Source: Candidatus Magasanikiibacteriota bacterium
GTDB lineage: Bacteria > Patescibacteriota > Patescibacteriia > Magasanikbacterales > GWA2-37-8
Assembly (NCBI GenBank): GCA_016189025.1
Contig: JACPGS010000019.1
Location: forward strand, 16,272 to 80,271
Direction: 5' to 3'
Length of the DNA stretch: 64,000 nucleotides
Part shown: piece after piece, positions 38,901-47,261 of the stretch
How positions within the stretch are numbered: the first letter of the stretch is position 1
Layout of the letters: every line of letters begins with the position of its first letter
Translations under genes and position numbers: made by a program
The notes under the pieces: generated by a model
Told to the model about the DNA's origin: nothing
What the model saw: only the letters and a program-made list of their open reading frames with translations
The model's database searches: none

Positions 38901-41230
38901 TAACCGCGGACCAGGCTGACCAGGATTTTGTCGGCATTAAAATGGGAGACGTAGACAATTCGTGGAGTACTGCCAATAAAGATATCACCCTATTCAGCTT
39001 CCCCTCTGCCACCAGCACCATCACCGGCGCCAATATCGCCGTCACCGTTCCGTCTGGCACTAATGTTACGGCTCTGGTGCCCACCATTATCCACACCGGC
39101 GCTTCGGTCAGCCCGGGGAGCGGCGCGGCGCAAGATTTTACCAATCCGGTCACCTATACTGTCACCGCCCTTGATGGTTCAACCCAGGCGTACACAGTGA
39201 CGGTTACGGTTTCGCCTCCCCTGGTCATTATTTATGAAGACGGAAACGACCTGGACACTGCCCCCTGGTTCGTGAGCCCCGCGGGCACCACCTCGCAACT
39301 GGAAAATATCGCGGCCGACGATCCGGCCCACGGCCGCGTAATTAAGCTCACTGCCAGCCCTGCCTCCAGCCGGATGGTATTCTATGCCCCCACCAGCAAC
39401 CCCTGGCAATACCCCAGCCTCCCTATTTTACAGTGGGATTTTAAGTACCAAACCCAGGCCAACTTCTTTATCTCGCTCAAAACCGATAACACGGCCATTA
39501 ACAACGGCTATCTCTACCTCTCGTACGCCACCGCCAACACCCCCGGCTTCCGCGGCAACACCTTTTATTATCAGCTAGACCCCGCGCTTGCCGATGGTTC
39601 TTGGCGTACCTTAACCCGCAACCTTCAGCAGGATGTGGCGGCTTTTTCGCCCAACACCACCATCCTCGGCATTCAGTACTTCTCGGCCTATGGCACTGGC
39701 AGCATAGACAATCTGGCTCTGCTCAAAGAAAGCGCCCTCGCTACCGTATCGGGCAAAGTCGTTGACGCCAAAGGCAACCCGATCGTCGGCGCTCTTATCA
39801 GCGCCCCGCCCTATAATCTGACGACAGTTACCGACAGCCAAGGCAACTACCGCTTACCGGGCCTGCCCCCGGGTTCGTATACGCTCACTCCGGTAAAGTT
39901 TGGCCTTGATCTGCCCGCTGCTTCGGTCACGGTTGGCGTTTCTGGCGCTGATGTTTCTGGAATTAATTCGTCAGGCAACTTCGTCCTCTACGAATCCGGC
40001 GATGACCTGGACACCGCCCCGTGGTTCATTTCCCCCGCTGGCACCGCCTCCACCCTGGCCAACGTCAGCGACGACGCTAACCACGGCCGCGCCATTGCCC
40101 TGACCGCTAACGACCCTTCCACCCGGATGGTGTTCTACGCTCCTACGAATAACCCCTGGGCGCTCGCCACTCACCCGGTACTGCAGTGGGAAATGAAATA
40201 TTCGAGCGATCCGGAATTCCTGATCTATCTTAACACCAACAACGGCGTCCGCTACTTGTCATACGGCACGCAAAACACCCCAGGCTGGCGGGGCAATAAG
40301 TTTTATTTTAAGCTTGACCCTGGTTTTAAGGATGGTAAATGGCACACCCTCATTCGCAATCTCCAGCAAGACGTTGCTTCACTTTCCTCCACTACTACCA
40401 TTACCGGCATCAGCTATTTCTCCGCGTACAACAGCGGCCGGATTGACAATCTTCAGCTTAGGCCCGCCCAGCCCCTCTCCACTGTTTCCGGCACGGTTAC
40501 CGACGACCAGGGGAATTCCGTGGCTGGAGTAGCGGTTTCCGCTCCGCCTTACGGGGTCAGCGTTCAAACCGATGCCACTGGTAAGTACTCCCTCCCCGGC
40601 CTTCCTGCTGGTTCTTACACTCTGACCTTCCAAAAACCAGGCTACACTTTCCCCACGACCCTCCTGACCGTAGACGGCTCTAACCCTAACCTGACGCAAG
40701 ACGTGAGCGGCACCCTGCCCGCCTCAATCACCTACGAAGACGGCAGTGACGGCGATACCAACCCCTGGTTTATCAGCCCCGCTGGCACTAATTCAACTCT
40801 GGTAAACATCATAGACGAAGACCCGGCGCACGACCGCGTCATCAGTCTTACTGCCAACGCCAATTCCACCCGCCTGGTCTTCTACGCTCCGGCCTCTAAC
40901 CCCTGGGCCTATCCGGCGCTTCCCATTATTCAGTGGGACCAGAAGTACGCCGGCGATTGGGAAGTCCTTGTCTACCTGGACACCTCGGCCGGCGCCCGTT
41001 ATCTCTCCTATTCGCCGCATCACGCCAGCAATTACCTCTACAACAATAACACCGCCCGCCTTAAAATGGACGCCAATCTGGCAGACGGCGCCTGGCACAC
41101 CATTACCCGCGATTTGCAGGCTGATTTCGCCACGCTCTTCCCGGGCGTTACCATTACCGGTGTCAAGTATTTCTCGGTTTACGGGACGGGGCGGATAGAC
41201 AATTTACGGTTATTGAAGCAGCTGCCGTAA
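35918..41230 (+). CDS. Giant secreted partner protein: prenyltransferase/squalene-cyclase-like alpha barrel, CARDB/FN3-like Ig domains, dockerin-like domain, DUF5018-like domain, three YEDG modules
   Basis: Signal peptide; QW-type motifs LANQQNPNGSFG, SSQNADGGYG, SQQQTDGSF; GDVNDSGGLTSAD and KMGDVDNSW; QDFTNPVTYTVTA.DG. Confidence 0.8.
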   Translation: MPKLKKILVWFTVFANLAFNFTLGGQVLALGASVSDSQKASVAEIASQPKASAALNRASISGDTDSPVIDLTTAPRWQPKKLIPVTPGSAQVKAEAIRYQEAPASPRALRGATIKQLWQKKSEAERKNVSAGQSKSVSFSQWNRLVAWVGKMLGPTPARAATPLIAYEAGIEQRPLDYALYYLANQQNPNGSFGAANVYEATAEMVFFLNDIGRTANDQYLPALNYILNTTPTTTRAQALKARIVAGLGQNATPLLDEIVSSQNADGGYGLLPGYESDLVTTLEVALALRAANYQPADRQTEALWFALNQIPASGELRYAAVSPPSYYLINKTAQNLQPFQGLTITDSQSQITVAVNDKVNALLGYLSSQYDASSGRLLGAADVLDEIMTAQTWRRYGVELINWHALRQSILSQQQTDGSFMNSVLATEQGIDATALPDLSLVDHINTTPLVNKNNVTWQVTVTNAGYASNGQARLNLVADNVWVSTVDFAGQGIVVPPNSTVTLNINVADTTGLIGDTEIKYYLSDAEELNYDNNWLAKHFTFASAADGSPALPLYYIAQKWEIGNDPAVNVRWQRKSDPQRFNYVFMYREKGTGQWNFASLDNSLAGAFLSPFGEGITYEITIGTVHLDQQTITYFNNLSEVTTSADPNKFMGQVSGTVGDAFQKFPNLNTTAYGAGALTDSQSAFVYAKMENGTSAAQVDAAPHESIRKKFAVAVGATTTVALPTRLKEDTVAPQITYLAIPLSNFLIKNQTEASLSASVSDNVAAKEVDFYYWDPGPGAWLFLGTAEVRSGGASFLWYVPADLLGVGYKIKAVARDYRGNVSAPQEWGPFQIIDGSPPARTISGTIRYYDGVKTVPNATVILQNDVGAQLAATTTDSNGRYQFTGVADGGAYGVTVTSTDMSTNGVDSADQTKIGRHIVGLEPFDSIYKIIAGDVNDSGGLTSADQGKIGRFITGLDVNLPSGIWKFYDASVVLTSANYLTTGLAKTYTNLTADQADQDFVGIKMGDVDNSWSTANKDITLFSFPSATSTITGANIAVTVPSGTNVTALVPTIIHTGASVSPGSGAAQDFTNPVTYTVTALDGSTQAYTVTVTVSPPLVIIYEDGNDLDTAPWFVSPAGTTSQLENIAADDPAHGRVIKLTASPASSRMVFYAPTSNPWQYPSLPILQWDFKYQTQANFFISLKTDNTAINNGYLYLSYATANTPGFRGNTFYYQLDPALADGSWRTLTRNLQQDVAAFSPNTTILGIQYFSAYGTGSIDNLALLKESALATVSGKVVDAKGNPIVGALISAPPYNLTTVTDSQGNYRLPGLPPGSYTLTPVKFGLDLPAASVTVGVSGADVSGINSSGNFVLYESGDDLDTAPWFISPAGTASTLANVSDDANHGRAIALTANDPSTRMVFYAPTNNPWALATHPVLQWEMKYSSDPEFLIYLNTNNGVRYLSYGTQNTPGWRGNKFYFKLDPGFKDGKWHTLIRNLQQDVASLSSTTTITGISYFSAYNSGRIDNLQLRPAQPLSTVSGTVTDDQGNSVAGVAVSAPPYGVSVQTDATGKYSLPGLPAGSYTLTFQKPGYTFPTTLLTVDGSNPNLTQDVSGTLPASITYEDGSDGDTNPWFISPAGTNSTLVNIIDEDPAHDRVISLTANANSTRLVFYAPASNPWAYPALPIIQWDQKYAGDWEVLVYLDTSAGARYLSYSPHHASNYLYNNNTARLKMDANLADGAWHTITRDLQADFATLFPGVTITGVKYFSVYGTGRIDNLRLLKQLP

Positions 41231-41239
41231 GCCAACAAT

Positions 41240-41275
41240 CAAAATACCTCGCTAGCCAAGCGGCGAGGTATTTTG
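41240..41275 (+). terminator. Intrinsic terminator
   Basis: caaaatacctcgc / gcgaggtattttg. Confidence 0.75.
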
Positions 41276-41408
41276 TGGACTTTTTTGGTAAGCCTTGGTA
41301 TTATTAAGAGAGCATCAAGATTCTAAAATTGCATTGCGTTATTTCACCTTTTTCCCTCTCGGTATTACCAATGATAAGAGCACTGAATTCGTAGTGAGTT
41401 TATTTGTT

Positions 41409-41492
41409 TGTCATTTCGACCGAAGGGAGAAATTTCTCTCCAATTGGCCAAAACGATAAGATAGAGATTCCTCACATTCGTTCGGAATGACA
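41409..41492. repeat. REP-like palindrome (tgtcatt...gagattcctc...ggaatgaca family)
   Basis: tgtcatttcgaccgaagggagaaatttctct ... agagattcctcacattcgttcggaatgaca; similar to the core of 10677-10882. Confidence 0.7.
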
Positions 41493-41559
41493 GTCAAAAA
41501 TTTCTGTCAATTTTGGCTGTAGTAAACTAATGGTAGGAATAACTCGCTATAAGTTCATT

Positions 41560-43062
41560 ATGAAGCCAGATTCCGATCGGCGCGCGACGGCAATTCAGCG
41601 TTTACTAAGTACTAAACCGTCAGCGTTTTGGGAGCGCCTCCGCGAGCGCCGGACGTTGGAGCTGTTCCACCGGGCGGCCGAAGGAGTGCCGGCTTATCGT
41701 GATTTTTTGCGCCGGCATCAGATTAATCATGCTAAAATAAAAAGTTGGGCCGATTTTCAGCAGGTGCCCATTATCAACAAAAAAAATTATCTGCGCCACT
41801 ATCCTCTGCCGGCGCTTTGCTGGGGCGGCACCTTAAAGCGTCCCTTAGTTTTTACTGCCACCTCCGGCTCCACCGGCGAGCCGGTTTATTTCCCCCGCGG
41901 CGAGGCGCTGGACTGGCAGTATTCAATAATAGTCGAAACATTTCTCCGCCAGTCGCGCTCGGGGGGACCGGTCTTGGTGATTGTCGGGTTTGGCATGGGA
42001 GTGTGGATTGGGGGGCTGATTACGTATCGCGCCTTCGAAATTGCGGCGGCGCGACTCGGTTATCCGCTTTCGATTATTACGCCCGGGATTAACAAAGAAG
42101 AAATTTTTAATGCGTTCCGGCGGCTGGCGCCGCACTACCGGCAGACCATTCTCATCGGCTATCCGCCGTTTATTAAAGATATTATTGACGAAGCGCCGGA
42201 GCGTGGCATTAAGCTGAAGCAGTTAAATCTTCGCCTCTGGTTTGCCGCCGAAGCTTTTAGCGAAACCTTCCGCGATTATCTGGCGCAGCGGGGCGGCGTG
42301 CAGAGCTGTTACCGGGGTACTATTAATATTTACGGCAGCGCCGATATCGGCGCCATGGCTTACGAATCCAACGTCAGTATTATGGTGAAGCGGCTGGCGC
42401 GGCGCCGCCCGCGTTTATTTACCAGTTTATTTTCGGCGATTAACAAAACGCCCACTTTGGCCCAGTATCATCCGCTGTTTATTAATTTTGAGGCGCCGGG
42501 GGGCGAGATTGTGTTAACCGGCGACAATGCTCTGCCCTTGGTGCGCTACGCGATTGGCGACCACGGTGGGGTGTTTAGTTTTGCCGAAATGGAGGAGCGG
42601 CTGGCAGGCGCCGGCGTGCGGCTCTCGGCAGAACTCCGCGCCGCCGGCTTCTCGCGCGCCAGTATCGCCGCGCTGCCGTTTGTCTATGTTTACGAGCGGA
42701 GCGATTTTTCGGCCACGATTTACGGATTGCAGGTGTATCCCGAAACGATTCGGGAGGTTTTGGCGGATAAATCGTGGGCACCGTATTTTACCGGTAAACT
42801 TACTATGCGCACCGAATTTGATTCCCGGCAAAATCAGTTTTTGGAAATTAATGTGGAGCGGCGCAAAAACCGCGTCGCTCCCCCGGCACTGCGCCGTAAA
42901 TTAATCGCGGCGATCCTGCAGAATCTGCAGCGTAAGAATTCGGAATTCCGGGAATTGGTAAAGTATGTTCAAGGGCGCCCGTTGGTGCAGCTGGCGGTTT
43001 GGCCGGCGGAGCATCCGCAGTATTTTCGCCCGGGCGTTAAACAAAGATGGGTGGAAAAATAA
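41560..43062 (+). CDS. Phenylacetate--CoA ligase (PaaK)-like ANL adenylating enzyme
   Basis: AAEGVPAYRDFL, ATSGSTGEP, IGYPPF, AAEAFSE, NIYGSAD, PLVRYAIGDHG, YERSD. Confidence 0.85.
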   Translation: MKPDSDRRATAIQRLLSTKPSAFWERLRERRTLELFHRAAEGVPAYRDFLRRHQINHAKIKSWADFQQVPIINKKNYLRHYPLPALCWGGTLKRPLVFTATSGSTGEPVYFPRGEALDWQYSIIVETFLRQSRSGGPVLVIVGFGMGVWIGGLITYRAFEIAAARLGYPLSIITPGINKEEIFNAFRRLAPHYRQTILIGYPPFIKDIIDEAPERGIKLKQLNLRLWFAAEAFSETFRDYLAQRGGVQSCYRGTINIYGSADIGAMAYESNVSIMVKRLARRRPRLFTSLFSAINKTPTLAQYHPLFINFEAPGGEIVLTGDNALPLVRYAIGDHGGVFSFAEMEERLAGAGVRLSAELRAAGFSRASIAALPFVYVYERSDFSATIYGLQVYPETIREVLADKSWAPYFTGKLTMRTEFDSRQNQFLEINVERRKNRVAPPALRRKLIAAILQNLQRKNSEFRELVKYVQGRPLVQLAVWPAEHPQYFRPGVKQRWVEK

Positions 43063-44144
43063 ACCTGTTTATGGAACCGCAGCTGATTACTAAAGTCGGC
43101 GCCTCACTTGAGGAATTAAGGCAGCAGTTTCCCGCCGCCGAGATAATTGACCGTTACCAGGAACAACTGGAAGAGCTGTTTTTAATCCGCCATCCCCAGT
43201 ATCGCTTTAATAAAAATTATCAATCAGACTGGGCGACCTTTTTGGCCGCGCACCAGGGAGGCCGTCCCCTCTCGGCGCTCGGCAGCTGGTTTTATTTTCC
43301 CTGGAGCCGTCAGCTGGTTCATTATTTGCCTCACGAGTTGCACCAAGAATTGCGCACGGCGCGCAACCGCAACCTTATTACTGTTGCCGAGCAGGAGAGA
43401 TTTTATAATTTTACCGTCGGCATTGCCGGGTTAAGTGTCGGCAGTCATCCTGCCGCTACCTTGGCGATGATGGGCGGAGCGCGGGCAATGAAACTGGCCG
43501 ATGCCGACACCCTGTCGGCATCTAATTTGAACCGCGTGCGTTATGACTACACCCAGCTCGGCGTCGCTAAGTGCGAACTGGCGGCGCGCTATATTTATCA
43601 GCTTAACCCGTACGCCTCTCTTCGGCTATACCAGGCCGGCATTACGGTTGACAATATCACAGAATTTTTAGCGGGCGACCCTCGGCTGGATGTATTGATA
43701 GAGGAGATGGATAATCTGGAGATGAAAATTCGGATTCGCCTGGCGGCGCGGGAATTAGGAATCCCGGTAATTATGGCGACCGACAACGGCGACGGCATCA
43801 TTGTTGATATTGAGCGATATGATTTGGATCGCCATTTGCCGCTTTTCAACGGCGCTGCCGGTGATTTAACTCTGGAAGAATTTCAAAATTTTCCGCCGGA
43901 GCGGCTGCCGGAGTTAGCGGCCAAAATTGTCGGTCCCGAGCTGATTGTGCCCCGCATGCGCGCCTCGCTCGGGGAGGTCGGCAAAACTCTGTATTCCTGG
44001 CCCCAGCTGGGGGATGCGGCTACGCTGTGCGGGGTGGCTGCGGCTTATTTAGTTAAGCGGCTGGCGATTGGCGAAGAGGTAAAAAGCGGGAAATATGAGA
44101 TTAATTTGGGCTCCCTGTTTAGCAGTGATAAGGATTATCAGTGA
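43047..44144 (+). CDS. ThiF/E1-like adenylyltransferase (Rv1355c/MoeY-like N-terminal region)
   Basis: WFYFPWS..LVH.L, RTARNRNLIT..EQ, VGIAGLSVGS, LADADTLSASNLNR, KIRIR..AR..GIPVIMATD, SWPQLG; overlaps the paaK-like stop. Confidence 0.87.
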   Translation: MGGKINLFMEPQLITKVGASLEELRQQFPAAEIIDRYQEQLEELFLIRHPQYRFNKNYQSDWATFLAAHQGGRPLSALGSWFYFPWSRQLVHYLPHELHQELRTARNRNLITVAEQERFYNFTVGIAGLSVGSHPAATLAMMGGARAMKLADADTLSASNLNRVRYDYTQLGVAKCELAARYIYQLNPYASLRLYQAGITVDNITEFLAGDPRLDVLIEEMDNLEMKIRIRLAARELGIPVIMATDNGDGIIVDIERYDLDRHLPLFNGAAGDLTLEEFQNFPPERLPELAAKIVGPELIVPRMRASLGEVGKTLYSWPQLGDAATLCGVAAAYLVKRLAIGEEVKSGKYEINLGSLFSSDKDYQ

Positions 44145-44185
44145 TGAGCCAAGAAGTACCATTCCGGTAGTTCTGTCGCGGTACT

Positions 44186-44217
44186 ATACGCCCCTCATGG
44201 GCGTATTTTTATCCACA
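44186..44217 (+). terminator. Intrinsic terminator overlapping a DnaA-box-like motif
   Basis: atacgccc ctcat gggcgtattttt, then TTATCCACA at 44209-44217. Confidence 0.6.
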
Positions 44218-44399
44218 GTTTTAGCCGCGAGTTCACCTTTACAAGCATCTTGTATAGTTGTATATTAGCATTGAGGGGGCAAGGATTGACGTAAAATGTG
44301 TCTGCAGGTATTCTGCAGAGAGGAACCCTCCCCGCTATTTTAGTAGTGAATTAGGATAAGTTTATCAAATTATCGTAATTACTCCCTTTTCTTCTCTTT

Positions 44400-45086
44400 A
44401 TGCAACCAAACACCGTAAAAATCACAATCATTTTTTCACTGGCGGCGATAATTTTACTCGGTGCCGGTTGCGTACTATTTCAACCAAAAAATAACGCTCG
44501 TCGCCAGCAGTCTGTTGCCAACGTTACCAATGATGAGCGAAAGAAATTGTACGAAAATAAAGAATTAGGTTTTGCCTTTGCTTATCCCGCTGAATTTGGC
44601 GAAGTGATTCTAGAAAAGGGGGCAGGCGAAACCGGAAATATATATAGCGGAAAGTTTACTGTGAAGAGCGACATTATATTTGGTGGCCTTAGCGTTGACT
44701 ATACTGCCGGCACTGATTTCGGGACTATTAGTTTTAATCAAGGCTTTCAGAAGAAGTTGGCGAATCGGTATGAATTAAAGTATGGCCCAGATATCAATGT
44801 ATCCATTCTTAATATTGAACCGTTACAAACGTTATACACGGCAGACAATGAGGAGATATTAGTGTTTGATGCCAGTGGCATGCTTGATTATCGCGATTAT
44901 GATCCCGAAACCGATGGCGGGATGGGCGGCCAGGTTTCGCCGGAAGGCAAAGCAGCAGTTATCAATTTGAAGGGCAATATCTATAAATCCATTACCTTTG
45001 AATTGTTAAATGCCACAGAAAACAAAGAAGCCAATAAACAGTTCATTGATATTTTGGAATCTATCAAGGTAACCTCCCCGGAATAG
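44400..45086 (+). CDS. Putative lipoprotein 1
   Basis: IILLGAG-C lipobox-like leader; YENKELGFAFAYP (PsbP-like start). Confidence 0.75.
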   Translation: MQPNTVKITIIFSLAAIILLGAGCVLFQPKNNARRQQSVANVTNDERKKLYENKELGFAFAYPAEFGEVILEKGAGETGNIYSGKFTVKSDIIFGGLSVDYTAGTDFGTISFNQGFQKKLANRYELKYGPDINVSILNIEPLQTLYTADNEEILVFDASGMLDYRDYDPETDGGMGGQVSPEGKAAVINLKGNIYKSITFELLNATENKEANKQFIDILESIKVTSPE

Positions 45087-45135
45087 CGATATGTTTATCA
45101 AATTATCGTAATTACTCATTTTCCTACTTCTCTTT

Positions 45136-46377
45136 ATGCAACCAAACACCGCAAAAATCACAATCGTCTTTTCGCTTTCCGCAATCATTTTATTTGGCGG
45201 TGGTTGCGTACTATTTCAACCAAAAAATAACGCTCGTCGCCAGCAGTCTGTTGCCAACGTTTCCGCACCCGGGAGCGAAAACATCATCGCTAACGCTTTT
45301 TATCTCCCGATGGCGCCGGCAGATATCCAAACATTCCTTAACTCCCAACCGGGAATTCTCAAAAATTATCAAGAGCAGAATTACAGCCAGACTTTTTCCG
45401 GCGCGGAAATTATAGACTCTGCTGCCAATGACAGCCTGCGCGGGTTATTGAACCCGCGCATTTTACTGGTTTTGTTAGAATTCAAAAAAAACGTCATCAC
45501 CAATAGCAATCTCCAGGCCAGCGATCTTAAAAATCTGTTCGGTCTATCGTCAGAACGCGTGGAACGATTGAATGCCCGCATTTTCCTCGGCGGCGAATAC
45601 TGGACAGAATTTCCTGACGCCTGGCAAAATCTCCTCCTCCAGCTCACGGCGGCCGCCGAAACATTGCGACAGTATCCTGCCAATATCTCTATCGTGTCTT
45701 TTCGTGACGGCACAACCTCGACGCTACCCAATACTCTAAACGAGGAGACCAAACGCCTGGAGGCGTTGCTGGCTGAACTGGCCGATACGCCAGCACAGTG
45801 GCGGCGCTGGATCTCCAAGGAGCCGGGGTCGTTTTATGAGGTTTATAAAAGGTGGTTTGGGAATCCAGTGAAGGAAATTACTACTTTAACCGCAACAAGC
45901 ACCAGTGCAGATACTATCTCTCCAACATACCTCAACCAAGATTATCGTTCCTCCAAATTATATTATGATTTTGGAACACTTGAGTTGTCAGGTTATTTGG
46001 CTATTCAAAAATTTACTTGCGACCCCGAGATAGAGCCAATGTGTGAGGGTAATACCGATTATGCTTTTTTCGTTATTACCAATTCTTCTAATAAGAGTAA
46101 TTTTTACGATTTTCTGAAGGCCGGTGGTTATTATCCGTTAATTCAGTCAGATAGAATTGGGATAGGTTGTTACCAAGAAAAAGAGCAGAAGATTCATTCT
46201 GTTAATACCAGCGATCTAGATTGGGTTACGAGCGTTATCGGTGGGGACGAATTTAAAAAGTTAGTGGCCAGCGATAAAGAACACCCAGTTCGTCTCCGCC
46301 TAACCCGTCCCATTTTTAGCGGGGGTAGTGGCGCCCCCGAATGTTACTCGCATTTTAGATATTTTAAGGTGTGGTAA
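45136..46377 (+). CDS. Putative lipoprotein 2 with LasA-prodomain/lysozyme-like domain
   Basis: Same leader as lipoprotein 1; LNPRILLVLLE...LNEET..LEALL...SFYEVYKRWFGNP. Confidence 0.75.
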   Translation: MQPNTAKITIVFSLSAIILFGGGCVLFQPKNNARRQQSVANVSAPGSENIIANAFYLPMAPADIQTFLNSQPGILKNYQEQNYSQTFSGAEIIDSAANDSLRGLLNPRILLVLLEFKKNVITNSNLQASDLKNLFGLSSERVERLNARIFLGGEYWTEFPDAWQNLLLQLTAAAETLRQYPANISIVSFRDGTTSTLPNTLNEETKRLEALLAELADTPAQWRRWISKEPGSFYEVYKRWFGNPVKEITTLTATSTSADTISPTYLNQDYRSSKLYYDFGTLELSGYLAIQKFTCDPEIEPMCEGNTDYAFFVITNSSNKSNFYDFLKAGGYYPLIQSDRIGIGCYQEKEQKIHSVNTSDLDWVTSVIGGDEFKKLVASDKEHPVRLRLTRPIFSGGSGAPECYSHFRYFKVW

Positions 46378-46403
46378 CAGATTATTTTTACTTTTTTCTC
46401 TTT

Positions 46404-47231
46404 ATGCAACCAAACACCGCAAAAATCACCATCATCTTTTCGCTTTCCGCCATAATTTTGCTCGGCGGTGGTTGTGCGTTTTTTAAATTACAGCCATTCT
46501 CACGGGCCCCGCGGCAATTAAGCTCGGTGCCGGTAACAAGCTCTCAGCCAGCTAACCCTACAGCAGTTCCGGGGAGTGAAAACATTATGAATGGCATATT
46601 TGATATGATTATGGAGAAAAAAGATATACAAAAATTTATTGACCAGCAACACGGTATTTTAAGTAAATATAAAGAAGATTCTTCTGATGGTTTAAGGACT
46701 GTGGCAGAGGAGTTAGACCAAGTTACCACTTTAGATTTGCCCACGTCTCTTAATCCGCGCGTGTTTTTAGTTTTAATGGAATTAAAATCAAGTATTGTTA
46801 CCAGGCCTAACGTTACTGATTCGGAGGTTAGGAATGTTTTTGGCGTAACCACACAGCAGTATATAGATTGGCTGATAAAATATATCAACGCGCGAAGGCC
46901 TAGTGAAAAATTGTCACCGGGAGAAATAACAGAACTTAAGGGCCAGTTTAGCACCACCACACTACTAATGCAGTTGGAGTATGTTACCGATAAATTTATG
47001 GGTGCAATTTTTGAGGAACAATCCTCGCGTAAAATTATTTTTAAAAATGGCGATTCCTTCCAACCAGCGGCCAATATCAATTCAGAGACCTATGCTATTC
47101 AAGCGATAATGGCAGACTTAGCGGATTCGCAAGAGCAGTGGGAATTATGGGTGTCTAAAAAACCAGGGTCGTTCTACCAAACTTACAAGCAGTGGTTTGG
47201 CGACCCTGTATTAAGTGAGGATTTAAAATAG
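46404..47231 (+). CDS. Putative lipoprotein 3 with LasA-prodomain/lysozyme-like domain
   Basis: MQPNTAKITIIFSLSAIILLGGG-C; LNPRVFLVLME...INSETYAIQAIM...SFYQTYKQWFGDP. Confidence 0.75.
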   Translation: MQPNTAKITIIFSLSAIILLGGGCAFFKLQPFSRAPRQLSSVPVTSSQPANPTAVPGSENIMNGIFDMIMEKKDIQKFIDQQHGILSKYKEDSSDGLRTVAEELDQVTTLDLPTSLNPRVFLVLMELKSSIVTRPNVTDSEVRNVFGVTTQQYIDWLIKYINARRPSEKLSPGEITELKGQFSTTTLLMQLEYVTDKFMGAIFEEQSSRKIIFKNGDSFQPAANINSETYAIQAIMADLADSQEQWELWVSKKPGSFYQTYKQWFGDPVLSEDLK

Positions 47232-47261
47232 CCAACTTTGCGATTCAAAACGCTTGGTAAT

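Noticed and set aside
25927-41576. Prophage or ICE
   Set aside because: No integrase, relaxase, capsid or conjugation genes between the direct repeats
4027-44217. Replication origin from DnaA boxes
   Set aside because: The boxes are single and dispersed next to promoters rather than clustered, and dnaA is not in the window
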